From contig OZ287068.1 in NCBI GenBank assembly GCA_965645245.1, forward strand, positions 930,001 to 994,000: 64,000 nucleotides of DNA. Reading direction: 5' to 3'. Origin of the DNA: Massalongia carnosa. Its lineage: Eukaryota. A model generated the notes under the pieces. That model was given only the letters and a program-made list of their open reading frames with translations, did not search any database and was not told the DNA's origin. The position numbers were made by a program, and so were the translations under genes. This document shows positions 1-11,961 of the stretch, piece after piece (positions within the stretch are counted from its first letter, which is position 1; every line of letters starts with the position of its first letter).

Positions 1-1144
1 CTGCCCCCGTCACCCCAGTCGTGCGGCAGCCGCATGCTGTCCCACTGGTAATCCACCTCCACGCAAGCGTCCCGCGCGTGCGCCACGTAGCCCGGGGGGA
101 TGGGGTCAGCCGGGGAAATGGCGTATGCGGGCGTCGGGGAAATGTATCCCTCAGCCCCCGAAACTACGTTTCCATTCACGCTCGCGGTGTTTTGATGGGA
201 ACGTATCCCTAACGGACCAGCGCCGCTATGGCTGTTACTTCGATTGAATTTCGGTAGGCTGTGGCTAATATCAGACATGTTCGCCAGTGGACCATCCTCG
301 TCATCTTCCAAGCTGCCGGTTCTTGATCTTGATCTTTCGCTCCCCCACCCTCCGGGAAAATTGCCTCGATTCAGGGTATTCGTAGGTAGAATCTCCACAT
401 GCTCGCCCGGACGGAGAAGATCCGCTTTAGCGCTTGCGACCATCATGACTGAATTAGGTGGCGGTGTAATCATTTCGAAATAATCTGGGGAGAGCCACTC
501 GCCCAGGAAGGCGTCCACGCGCAAAAGTGGTTTTGTGCTCTGCGACTTTGGCCGAGAGTTGGGAAGGGTGCCAGCTACTTTCTCTTCCGGTTCTGGGACT
601 GCGGAGAGGAGGAGTGGGGAGCTCCATTGATCCATGGCTCGAAGATATGATGATCCGGAGTGCATTGGGTGAGAATGGGGTTTGGGGTTGGAGGAACGGG
701 AGTGGGATTTTGGTGATCCTTCATGTTGCTCCAACCCAGCGCTGATCGCAATGGACGTTTGAATACACCGTAAGAATGGCGAGGTGTGTAAAACCACCTT
801 CTGCCTTCGCCGCTTTAGATGATTCGATTTGCGCCCGCCTTCCTTCTTCTCCGGCCCGTCCAGAGTTGCCAGACCGGGATTCTTGAGTACGCCATTCTCG
901 AGTGATGAGTTCAATGTAGTCTCTCGCAGTTTTAAAATATTCGCGATGCGTGTGCCAAGAGCTTGGGCTTGCTTCCACCCGCCGTATGTCAAGGGAGGAT
1001 CGTAAGGGGTGGGGGATGTAAGATGCCACTGCTTATCGGCAGCATCGAGTCTAGCTCCATGCCTGGGGAACAATTAGCGGAAAGTACATGGATTGTCGAA
1101 GCACCTTACCTTGCAACAATTACAACCGCTGGAGATTGGCCCAT
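1..1144 (-). CDS. Histidine phosphatase / phosphoglycerate mutase family protein (3' end runs off the window)
   Basis: Manual splice: exon 1 1144-1110 (MGQSPAVVIVA), intron 1109-1063 (GTAAGG...CAG), exon 2 reads RHGARLDAADKQWHLTSPTPYDPPLTYGG...HTSPFLRCIQT...RVDAFLGEWLSPDYF. RHG, DPPLT and SPFLRCIQT are histidine-phosphatase motifs. This frame is absent from the ORF track. Confidence 0.9.
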
Positions 1145-1500
1145 GCTTCGAACTGAGCGCAAACCCACAGTTCATGCGGCGAACGGACCGAATGATTCCC
1201 TTGCTCTACGGCATGAATTGAGGGAAAGCGCAAGCCCACAGTGGAAAAGGTCGAGATGGAAAGTTTGAAGGGGAGCCGTTGACGAGATAGGTATTATATT
1301 TCAATGACACGCCGGTACCCTGGAATAGGGGGCATCGACGTTTATGCTACTGTAACGGCCGGGCGGCGGAAGATGGAATCGCGGGGAGAGTCCGGGGGCG
1401 GCATTCCGGTTCCAAGGATCCAGGGTTATCGCCCAGTAAGGCGTCGTGGGCGTGTACCTATCCCAACCTAGTTAGATCGATAATGCGCAAGCTGAGTCCC

Positions 1501-1532
1501 CAAATACCAAATACCAAATACCAAATACCAAA
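1501..1532. repeat. Short tandem repeat (CAAATAC)x4
   Basis: caaataccaaataccaaataccaaataccaaa read directly. Confidence 0.9.
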
Positions 1533-1911
1533 TTTTACTTTGTGTTATACACAACAAGACTCAAGACTTCCATTCTGTTCGTGTCGGATAATCAATATCT
1601 CCTGCACACCGCCTCTCCTTCAATCTCGTATTCCACTTGACGATGGTTGATGAATGGATCACAAAAGATGACAGTACAGAATCTAATGTAGGCTAGCCTC
1701 GTGTATGCAACTAGCTTACGCAGATATTGCTCAAAGCAGATAAGGCATCATTGGTTATGTCAAGGACCCCCAGAAACCTACAGCTCTGTAACAGTTTAAA
1801 AGCAGAACCCCCCCCTCCTTTACCCCACATTCCTCTCCCCCTAAACGTCCATTGTATATCTACCCCATCTTTCAAAAGCCCCAAGCAAAAGCTCCAGCCA
1901 AAAAAACCAAA

Positions 1912-2508
1912 ATGTACATCTCCCTCTCTCTCGCCCTACTCCTCCTTTCTCCTCTCACCGCCGGCCTCCCCCTGCAAGAACCCCTCCTGGGTAGCAGCAG
2001 CACAAGCTGCACCATCATCCTCCCCACCAGCTACCAGCAAATCGCACAGTCCACACCTGCGAAGGCCTATCCGCAAAACCGTATCTTCAACGTGAAACAC
2101 GCCGCCGGCGGCGCGAACGCCGACGTTGACACGCTGGTACGATTCACGGGCATCCCGCCCGGTTCGTACGGGTGCCAGCTGGCCATGAGCTTCACATTTG
2201 AGTACGAGATCAATAGCACGGGTAATGCGCTGCTGAACGTGTACGCCCTGCCGGGAACCGTTAAGCCGACCGACACATACAACGACTATTTCCCCAAAGG
2301 CGGCCGGGGCTCGCCGGTGGGGGGGACACTGTTCACCACCACGACCATAACGGGCCAGCGGGCGGTCCTGAATAGCGAGGTGTGTAGGCCTGAGCTGAGC
2401 TTCTTGTTCGAAATTGCGAGCGATAGCAGCGCGGGGAGTGTGGCGTTCCGCGATGCGGGGGATAACCTCACGGGCATTGGTGGATTTTATTTAACCTACA
2501 ATTGCTGA
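1912..2508 (+). CDS. Small secreted protein, probable But2 C-terminal-domain family
   Basis: ATG at 1912, hydrophobic signal peptide MYISLSLALLLLSPLTAG, motif F-x-x-IPPGSYGCQL, ends LTYNC; intronless and GC3-rich. Confidence 0.7.
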   Translation: MYISLSLALLLLSPLTAGLPLQEPLLGSSSTSCTIILPTSYQQIAQSTPAKAYPQNRIFNVKHAAGGANADVDTLVRFTGIPPGSYGCQLAMSFTFEYEINSTGNALLNVYALPGTVKPTDTYNDYFPKGGRGSPVGGTLFTTTTITGQRAVLNSEVCRPELSFLFEIASDSSAGSVAFRDAGDNLTGIGGFYLTYNC

Positions 2509-2871
2509 AGGCGCCAGGATGCCCTTAATGGTATCAAGTAGGATTAATGGGTGAGAGAAAACGTGGCTTGTAAGGGAATAACGATTGGACGATCAAGGAT
2601 GATGGATGCAGTCATGCTTTGAAGCTGGGGTTTTTCTTGCTGCTGATCTCGATTTTCGCCCTAAGCCTTGGTCAACGCTTCCAGGAATATTTCTTTAAAT
2701 AGTCCTAAAACTGCATTGAATAAAAAACTTTCCCGTAGTTCTCATATGGATAACGGAACAGATGGAGTGTGAAATCATTATCAAGAATGCCCCCAGGGTA
2801 CTAATAATATGTTTCATTGATCATAGGTGCATAGTTCAACGTCCAGGTTTGCTTTACGTAACCAAGCAGAG

Positions 2872-4679
2872 CTACGCCAGAGCGCCCATAGGGTCCCATA
2901 ACGGTAGTCTAGGTATTTGATCAGTCTATCAGCCCCAAAATGAAGGAAACAAAGTCAGTCTTACACGCGAGGCTTCTGATTCAAGATCTCCCGAACCTCC
3001 TTTGATACGAACCTGCCACAAAAATTAGTACAGCTTGCGGGCAAATAGTAAATGTTAGTGAAGGACATATATACCTTGGATCGACCACGGCTTGGTATAC
3101 AAAATCGCTCATCCATCGATCGCTCATGACGAAGAATCCCTTCGTCCCAGCCCCTTCGCCCCATGAGTTCTCCACCCGCCACCTGACCGGTCTTCCGTCC
3201 TCTACATGTACAGCCGTCAATACCATAGCATGGGTCATTTGGCTCTCGCCCGTCTGAAGACGTTGAGTTTTGGAGAGACCAAGACGGATGTTGAATCCTA
3301 GTTCGTAATTGATGAGGTTGGGATCCATGATGCCAGAAGCTGAGTTTGAGAATTTGCCAACGTCACTGCCGAAGAATACAGGAATCTCACTACGGAGCAT
3401 TGTGATACAGGCAGCCTTGATTATTTCCATATCGACATTGACGTACCTCACGCCCCGCATCCCAATAATGTTGCCAAGTCTGCTGACGCTCAAAAGTTGA
3501 CCATAGGAGTTTCTCGGGTCGTTGACCAGGCTGAAAAGCTTATTGATATCCGTACCTGAGTTCGCTTGTACGCTGACCTTACTCGATAACTCTGCTGCAA
3601 ATTTCAGTGGCGTGCTCTTGAGACTTAAAAACTCATCGTTCTTGTCATAGAAATCCCACGTAAACTCCTTTTCAGGGTTTGGAGGAGGCCCGAGCATCAA
3701 TGTCAGCATTAGATGAACCTCTCGGATCATCTTTTCTTTGACACCCTGGAGCGAAGACTTTGTATTTGATGATTTGGTGGAGAGCCTCCGCAGCTGGAGA
3801 GCATCTTCACGAAGTTTGGTGGTGACCAAGGAGTTCATGGCATTCGAGCTCATGGCGTTGTACGAATCTGGATAGAGGGTTTGCGGAACCTTTGATGGGT
3901 TTAAATCAGCCTTCATGTCACTGGAGAGACTCCTGAGGAATTCTTACAAGGCCATATTTTTCAACAAGATTCGCTACCATATCCCATTGCCCGCCATCCC
4001 CCACTGGCGCATCCAGCAACGTTTGCACTAACCTCCCCTCCAAATCTTCTGTGGCAGTGTCCAGGATTTGTTCCAGGAAATAATTAGCCTTTTCCAGCTT
4101 ATCCCAATAAAACAGGTATGCTTGACTAAGTTCGAAATCTTTTAGATTGTATCTTCGCATAATAGCCACGCGAAAAACGTTTGTCGCCGCGAACAGCCAG
4201 CATCGACCTGATGATCGCTGGTTCGTGACAGGAGAGCCTTCAAGACTAATCTTAATGTTGAAATTCTGAGTATCAGCTATTTTCGTAGAGCGCTGAGTCA
4301 AGACGGTTCGCGGGTCGCTCGTCGTCAAGGCGGACAGAGCGAGACGATTCTATACTACATCAGCTGTGTTTCTGCAAACCTAAACCCGTAGAACTGGGAC
4401 CTTTGGGTCCTCAAGAAGCTCCTTTTCCCATCGTTTCGTGGCACTGATCGACAGTGTAGTGGAGCGAGGCGAATATTGTGGTGCTGCACTTTCATTAGCA
4501 AAGGTTAGGAAAGGACCCTTGCGGTATCTCCAAGACTTGCGCTTATCTTCCTCAACGTGCACGAAGTCCATGTCAGCTTCGGTGTTATCAGGGTCCTGGA
4601 ACTCCAAAGCTTGAAGCCTTTCCGCCAACTGCGCGCTCAACACGGAGTGCTCCGGCATTTTGGATGGAGAAGATCCCAT
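2872..4679 (-). CDS. LAP3: Bleomycin hydrolase / cysteine aminopeptidase (peptidase C1B), multi-exon
   Basis: [12 protein letters not shown] (catalytic Cys), [10 protein letters not shown] (His), WRVENSWG (Asn); final exon [11 protein letters not shown] with stop at 2874-2872; GT-AG introns join ORFs 4380-4679, 3918-4328 and 2981-3916. Confidence 0.95.
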
Positions 4680-5220
4680 AGCGCTGGTTCCAAGGCGAAA
4701 GGTTGCGATGAAATAGGAGGCTAGGTAGACTGGTGAGCTAGATAAACGCTCAGAAGATTAAAAGGAATATGTGCATTGGATCAAGGATCGTCTGCGCCTC
4801 CAAACTAGGAAGCGATCTACAGCTCGTGACGATAAGCGTTATTGTGAATTAGAATAGGATACCTACCATGCTACCTATCTATACAGCTCGCAAGACAAAG
4901 TCGTTCAGCATTCTTTATACTCTTCCAATTTCATAATGCAATAGAGTTAGAGTACAAAATATATGCCGAAGACCAACCCCTCCAATCCGATCCCGTTCCA
5001 TCCCAAGCAACAAGTCCCATGTTTGCCCTAAAGTGTTCATTACGTATCGGTTCATTACTCGTTGAACCCCGCTAGATGATGCTCATCATGCTCACCACAA
5101 CAGCCGACGCCCGGAGTACAAGCCTATAACAGGTCTCCCGTTTGACTGCATGAGTAGGCTGATGGACAAGTATCCAGTCGTTTCAAGGGTAAATCTTTCG
5201 TCCGAGACAGATGCATCGGT

Positions 5221-6594
5221 TCATCTTGCTAATGGCGACCTTGGAAGTATAGGTAAATCTTTCTCGTTCCTCGGCTTGGAATACCGCCCATACTTAGACT
5301 TTGGCCTTCGCGAAGCTGGAGACGTCGGCCTGGCCCGGGACATTATACCGGGCAAAATAGCGATAGGCTGTGCTCTACCAAAGGTCCACGTTGAGGATAA
5401 GTCCGATGAGGCAAAGGTAGCCAGCGAGCTGTTGGACATCATGGAATCTCTTTTGAATCCTTGAGGCGTGGTTGCTGATGACGTTGCCGATTCAATGAAG
5501 GATATCTCACTGACATTTGGAACGTTGGTATCAATATTGTAAGGGTTTGATCCTCGAGCTTCCAGACTTCGGGGCGATTCTACCTTGGTGTTGTGGAGGG
5601 GAGTTAGAGGCGATTCCTGCCTGCTTTGATTTCCTTCAATGGATGGTGGCGGAGCTCTTGGCAATAAAGGGGGTGGTGGTAGAGGCGTAATTGAAGTTGA
5701 GGAAGCTGACTTTGATAGAAATAAGGTCCGCGTTGGATTATCTAGCGAATGGTTCACAGGTGAGCTGTGACGGTTCGTTGGAAATAAAGGTGAAGGCGGT
5801 TGAACAGCGTTTGTAGGAGCTGCGTAAATTGATTGTGGGAAACCTCGAGATGTATTTCGATTGCATGGCTGAGGATGATGTTTTTTCCTTGGTGGCCCTT
5901 GGGAGAATCTCTTGGTTTCGTGTGCATTATGGTATGATTTACCCAACGAAGACCTTCCTACATTTGGGTCACTCTTATTTTTTCGAACCATTGTTCGAAT
6001 TTCGGCAGACCTGGAGCCCAGTATGGGTGGAATTTCCAATGTCTCCGTTTCAAGTACCGGCGTACCCTTGTAAGCCTTCTTCAGCGATGCCGTAATCTTT
6101 TGACTACTGATTGACACCCTCCTTTCAACCTCGCCATCCTTAGTACCGGTTACATGGCGTGGTTCCCGCAATCGTTCATCCAAATGATGAAGATCCTTTA
6201 CGTTCGCCTCCCATGTTTCAGCAGCTTCATTCTGAGCCTCTACATCAGCCAGAACAGAAGAGCGCCGCCGATCGAACGACTTGAGTGTTGCACGAGGCGA
6301 ATGTAAGTGGCCATCTTGCGAGAATTTGGACTTGACCGAGTTTCCGGATCTCATGGTACTCATGTCCAACGATCGAACATCTCGAGTGCTGGGGCTCTGA
6401 AATGCTTCGGACTTTGGAACTACCTTCCCACTTTGAAGGGTGAGCTGACGGGGTGGCCTTTGGTTGTCAGGAGCAACTTGTAGTCTTTGGCCACGTGCTC
6501 GCACCTTCATATAGTGCCATACAAATAGGACCAAGGAAATTACCAACAGAAGTCCAAGAAGAGAGACAACGATGATAATTGGGAGTAACTGCAT
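5221..6594 (-). CDS. Hypothetical single-pass membrane protein with long Ser/Pro-rich disordered tail
   Basis: Open ~457-aa frame from ATG 6594; N-terminal hydrophobic helix IIIVVSLLGLLLVISLVLFVW followed by basic residues. Start uncertain. Confidence 0.7.
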   Translation of the reverse strand: MQLLPIIIVVSLLGLLLVISLVLFVWHYMKVRARGQRLQVAPDNQRPPRQLTLQSGKVVPKSEAFQSPSTRDVRSLDMSTMRSGNSVKSKFSQDGHLHSPRATLKSFDRRRSSVLADVEAQNEAAETWEANVKDLHHLDERLREPRHVTGTKDGEVERRVSISSQKITASLKKAYKGTPVLETETLEIPPILGSRSAEIRTMVRKNKSDPNVGRSSLGKSYHNAHETKRFSQGPPRKKHHPQPCNRNTSRGFPQSIYAAPTNAVQPPSPLFPTNRHSSPVNHSLDNPTRTLFLSKSASSTSITPLPPPPLLPRAPPPSIEGNQSRQESPLTPLHNTKVESPRSLEARGSNPYNIDTNVPNVSEISFIESATSSATTPQGFKRDSMMSNSSLATFASSDLSSTWTFGRAQPIAILPGIMSRARPTSPASRRPKSKYGRYSKPRNEKDLPILPRSPLAR

Positions 6595-9500
6595 GTTCGA
6601 TCGCGCCGAAGGCAAGCAATATATGCTCGGTCAACCCTGGAGACTTGGGTGTTGCACCTCCTAAGGCGGGAGGGAAATTCTTCAGAATTCTCAACGGCGA
6701 AGAGTCCCTCCAGGCGAACAAATTTAGTCCAGGGAGGAGAATAGGTTACTTCAAGATTGCCCTGCTAAGGGCCACTTGACTATCGTAACCATCTAGATGC
6801 CTTTGATTTGTGCTGTCGACATCTTGTCATTATATTGGGTCCTGACTGAAAGTGCTGTCCTATGCAACAGACCAACGGCTTGGGCAAACCCCCTTAAAAG
6901 TCTTCTAGTTGCACTTCATGTGCTATATGCGAGGCGTAAGGTGTTTTTGACTCGTTCGGATTACAGGGCCTTGGGTGAAAGGAGAAATATTTTCAAGTTG
7001 TGCAAAGCAATACTGAAACAACGAGAAACAATCAGCGATGACGTTACACGCTCCAGACCGATTCAAATAAGTTGCTTCACTGGCGCGGCGACAAAAACAG
7101 ATTGTAAAAGAGAAATCCACAAGAATTCAGCGATGCGGATAGGCTATAAGAAATACGGTCAGCATTCAGCATCCAGCCAATATTGAACGACCGCTGCAGC
7201 CAATGGATCATCGAAAATTAGCAGATGCTTGTTGCAACCTGAATGGTTTCCGAGCAGTCGACCTGACCATCGGTAGCCTGTCAGAACTGACATGCTGGGT
7301 TATGTACCGGACTTGGACAGTAGCACAAGTGTTACTGGTTGATCGCGTATCGGGCATTGGGCGTGCTGCCGATGACCAAAGTCTTCCAGAAAAAGAAAAT
7401 GGGGTCATGGTGTAATTGTTTCCAAGCTCAGTGCTCCAGTGCGGTTCGCTTCTCTGTGCATACGGTAGAAGTGCATCCGGCAACGGGATAGCTTCTGATG
7501 GGAAAAGCAGTTTAACGGCGGCAAGGCCAGGCTTTCTTACGAGCTTGAACAAGCCATATTCACGCTCTTTCAATCACATCGTAGATGTGGGGCTCTCGTC
7601 GACGTCAGAACCGATTTCACTGGCCCAAGTTCGGCCTACAGCAAGATGAAACGTTAGCCCAAGCTGACCAACGGTCCAAGTCTTGTCCGGAGGAGGGATG
7701 CGTTGTCGTGGGCACATCCAGGCTCGGAAGCGCGTGGGACAAGTCCAGCCAGCAGCTGCAAGTCATCCAGTTGGGATTGGATCCTTGATGCTTATCCTGC
7801 AAATCACCGTCTCGCGGATGCTGGCGTCGCAACAATTTCGTGTGCACTTCTTCAACCGCTCGAGACGTGGGGCTACGAGTAATGGCAATCCGCGTCAGCA
7901 TCCAGAGGACTTTGTAGGCAACTTCATGATAAGCCCGCTTGGACATCGGTCGCTGCTTACATCGAATTTCCCCAGCCACTGCATAATCAACTGCAGCCGA
8001 TTATGTAGATGGATGGTAGAGAAGCACTAAAGTTCCACATCTCAGCCGAAAGCGAAAGAGCCGGGTCCGTACTATTCGTTGACACGCTCACAAGGTACTC
8101 CGTACTTTGTATTCTGTTGAAAGTACAGGGTACGTGATGTTCTGTACGTAAGACAAGTTGCTTAACGATACATTACCGATGATTTATCTCAGGTTTGATT
8201 GAGTTACGCCAGAATGACACTGTTTTCTTCTGCTTATTCATCTCTAATTACAAGGTACTGTACTCTGTAAGGTAAATACGTCTAGTTGTCCGTCAGGCTG
8301 TGCCTTGTATAGACGGAATACGGAGTATTCAATCTACGCCAGCTGAGTCAAGACGACTCTTCCGCTCCGCTTCCGCTTTCCGCGTCTGGGTGCGCCACTC
8401 CAAAGATCACACCAACCAGATCGACTCCAGACCCCCCAAAAACCCGTTCCCAGGAGAAATGCCTGGCAGCTGCGTTCTGTTCGAGTCCAGCTTTAGCCGA
8501 AGGGAATTCACTGCTACCAAGTTTGTGTTGATTGGAAATTGGAGGATATTCAATGGGCTGTACGAGTGTATCCGTGATTAGAAGTCGTACATAGTTGAAA
8601 TAAGCTCGTAAGCTGACTTCAAATTTCCATCCACATAGATACACGAATACAGTATATCGATGCTTATTCAGATCAAGGAACCCGATTTTGCTTTTGCTTT
8701 TCATAATCAGCCTTATGTTAGGTCATGTGGTTGCCTTTCGTGCATCGACACGGGACACACGGGATGGCAATGAGCATGATAACGGATACAACTAGCAACG
8801 AATGTTTTCCCAGGCGAAATTCAAATGTCATGAGAAGGGTAGTGACTGACAATACAACGAAACGGTCAAGCAAACATTGCGCATGGCTTGAGGAAGCCCG
8901 AAGCCTCAGGCAGGATACCCAGAGATAAACTAGTCTTCAGCAGCTGGTCAGAGAGGTAGTACACGCATAATATCGTCGCGATGCTGAGAATAATCAGTGC
9001 CAAAAGGCTATTTTCACTATTTATAAAAGATTCAAATGTTTTTTAAGGCCCACCTGCTTTGTGGCTCTCATCATAGGCTGCAGTCCAGACTGTTGGAGAA
9101 ATCGCTCACGTCACGCAAGCTAATCAAACATAAGACTCCCCGTGCATGTTCCGAGACCGAGGATGGAAGCTCAAACTCAAAAATAACAACAAAGCATTAG
9201 CCAAAGCATGAGTTCACGGTCGGTACGGAAATCATTCTAGAAGGCTAGACAGAACTATACTCCGTACCAGCCATCATAGATGCAGACCGTGTCCTTTGGA
9301 TTCAGATACAGGCACCGACGCAAATGATGCGAGATCACTCTGTATCTTTCGAATGTACTTCGTACCTACGAATCCTGTCGACCTAACGATAAGTTCTACT
9401 ACTGCTGCTGCATCTTTGGGTTTAATGTTTGGAAAGGTAGAGAATCCGAGCGCGACGATGACACTAACCAGGAAGAATATTTCCATTCGATAGGAAAACA

Positions 9501-11961
9501 GTCTAGCTCCGGCAGTTTATTGACTTTTGGGTTTCCCAGCTCATGCATTCGCTTTATCTCTAGAGCAGAGTAGCCGCCGAACGAGATGTCGGATGAGGGA
9601 TTAACCACAAGGAAAAGCACATGCGTCATGGTGAAGGATAGCAAATGCTTACATAAGTTTTCTTTGAAATCTATTTCAGCGTTTCCTATCTAAGAAAAGT
9701 CATATCGTCGAGGCCAAACGAGTCAGCCGAAGATCTGAGGGCCACCGGCATCATGCAAATATTCGATAGATGCGTGGTGCGGATACCTGTGGAAAGCGAG
9801 AGCTCAGCTGAATTGACCGGAAATCCTTTGGTTCCACGCTATCGGCCATGTGTAGTATATGAGAGCTTCTAGAATCCGTGATCGCAGCATTGTGAGTTCC
9901 TGCTCAATCATATGACCCCTACATGACATAGTAAGACAATACCCTCCAAAAGGCCAAGCAGCGATTCAGCAGTCTCTATTTTTCCCTCTGTTCCTTCTTT
10001 CGGGAACGCCATTACTCATAGCTGGTAAGCTAATGTATCCCAACACCGCAGTTCCGTTGGTAGCATCGTGTAGAGAACGTGCACTAGTGCCTAGCTGTGG
10101 CTTCGTCTTCAACTTGGCTCGAGACTTGAGGAAAGCTCCTCTGGAATGCAGAAGAACAGGCGGGTTAGGTAGGGGCTGTGGAAGGTAACTCGGAATCTCG
10201 CACTGATCTATACATTAGCGACTTTTAACTGCTAAACCTCTTTTACCTCCGCCACCTCTTCGTCAACTACTAAATTAGCGTACTTGTCCTGCTTCCACCC
10301 TCTGCTCCAGCTGGTACAGCTTTTGTCCGTCCATCTCCCCAAACACAGACCCACCCGGAATCGCACGAGTGTCCCATGCGCGTCCCAGGTCTCGGATCCG
10401 GGCTCAGTTCAGCACCCAACAAGGCACTCGCTCCCGTACTCTAGACTTTTTAACGTCACTTTCTCGTTCGCAGTTCATTTCCTTTTCCTTTCCCTCAACC
10501 CCTTCCTTTTATCCTAGTGCTAAATTCCCATCCATGTGTCAACCCCCTACCCCCTTTTTCCCTCTTTTCGATAATTTACCTGCTTTTTTTTTCTTTCGGA
10601 AAATTCAAATCCCAGCCCTTCAATAACGCTTTCTCTCTCAAAAAAAAAAACTGTTCACTTCCATCCCTTCAAGTGAACCTCTCCCCCGCCCGGGGGCCTT
10701 AGTTTATTTAACATGACAAGTTCCTCCCTTACTCTTTCCCGGAGACCAATCTATCCACCAAGTCTCCCAATTTGCAGAACGTGTGAAGGAAAGGGGGAGG
10801 AATGAAAGGAAGAAGAGGAGATAATTGATCAATTAATTTGTATATGTATGTATGTATATATATGCCCTTTTGCATTTCCTTAAAGGAAAGTCACTCCGTC
10901 AATTGGTCAGTTGATCACTCAACAAAGCCAAGAACAAACCAAACCCAAAAGAAACAGACGACGAGATCTATCGATCATTCGATCCAGTCCAATCCAGTTT
11001 CACTTATCTAGTTACCACAGCCACCAGACATCAACCAAAATCAGAAAAAATTGCTACGCCTTCAAAAAAACTTTCCCTGCTCCTTTCTTAAAGTACCTTT
11101 TCTGTCCTTCCGCACATTTATCTTATTCCTCCCGCCCCCCCCCCCCCCCCCAAAGCGTTATCCCCTTATCGTCCATCCTCCTACTTATTCTTCTAGTTAT
11201 TCATCTTCGACTTAGTAACCAATGCTCATTTATTACTAAGCACACTTATTAAGCTCAGCAAAACGGAAAATCGCCCTTCTCTTTGTCTAGCATTCTGTTT
11301 ATTCGTTTGAGCTATGTATCTCTCTGTTTTAGCTATATGGTTCGGTGCAGGAGAATGGAGGGGGAAAGAAAGGGTAGAAAGGAGAGATAGTGGGGGTTAT
11401 ATATCTCCATCCACAGGCACTACTAGCACCAGCAGCAGCACCCGCAACCCCCTCCTTCTCTCGAATTCTCTCTCCCCCTTAGCATAGCACAAGCACAGCG
11501 CAGCGCAGCACCCATCTCTCTCTCATCTCAGCTGAGCTCTCTTATTTCTCTTTCACTAAACGACGCACTCCCCTTCCTTTTCCTCGACGGATGCAAGTGC
11601 AAGCAAAAGATTTAGGGGGTATCTCGGAAACCGGACCGACGGACGGAAAAATCCGGAAAGGTGGGAAAAGGCCATTCCACCACCACCGGGGACACGCATA
11701 CCCTCCCAACACCCCTTCCCCCCCATCTTACCTTGGCGCGCAGACTTGACGATGTAAATACATAGATCTCGCTCTCCCTTTCTTTCCCTTCCTAAATACA
11801 GATCTACCTACCCAACCAAGGACAAAAACCCGTCTCACGCCCAGACTATATATTCATTCGAACAATCCGTCAGTCAGATAGTCCAACCAAAATCCATAAG
11901 AATCCGAACCCGAGTCCGAGTTCAAGAACCCCCCACCCTTTGCAGCGTCGCATTTATTTAT

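Noticed and set aside
721..1029. 102-aa minus-strand ORF in the track
   Set aside because: Wrong frame; the real coding frame is the spliced histidine-phosphatase gene.
6700..11900. Many short ORFs and low-complexity tracts (poly-C, TATG, CT-rich)
   Set aside because: No recognisable motifs or consistent splice model; treated as intergenic or UTR.
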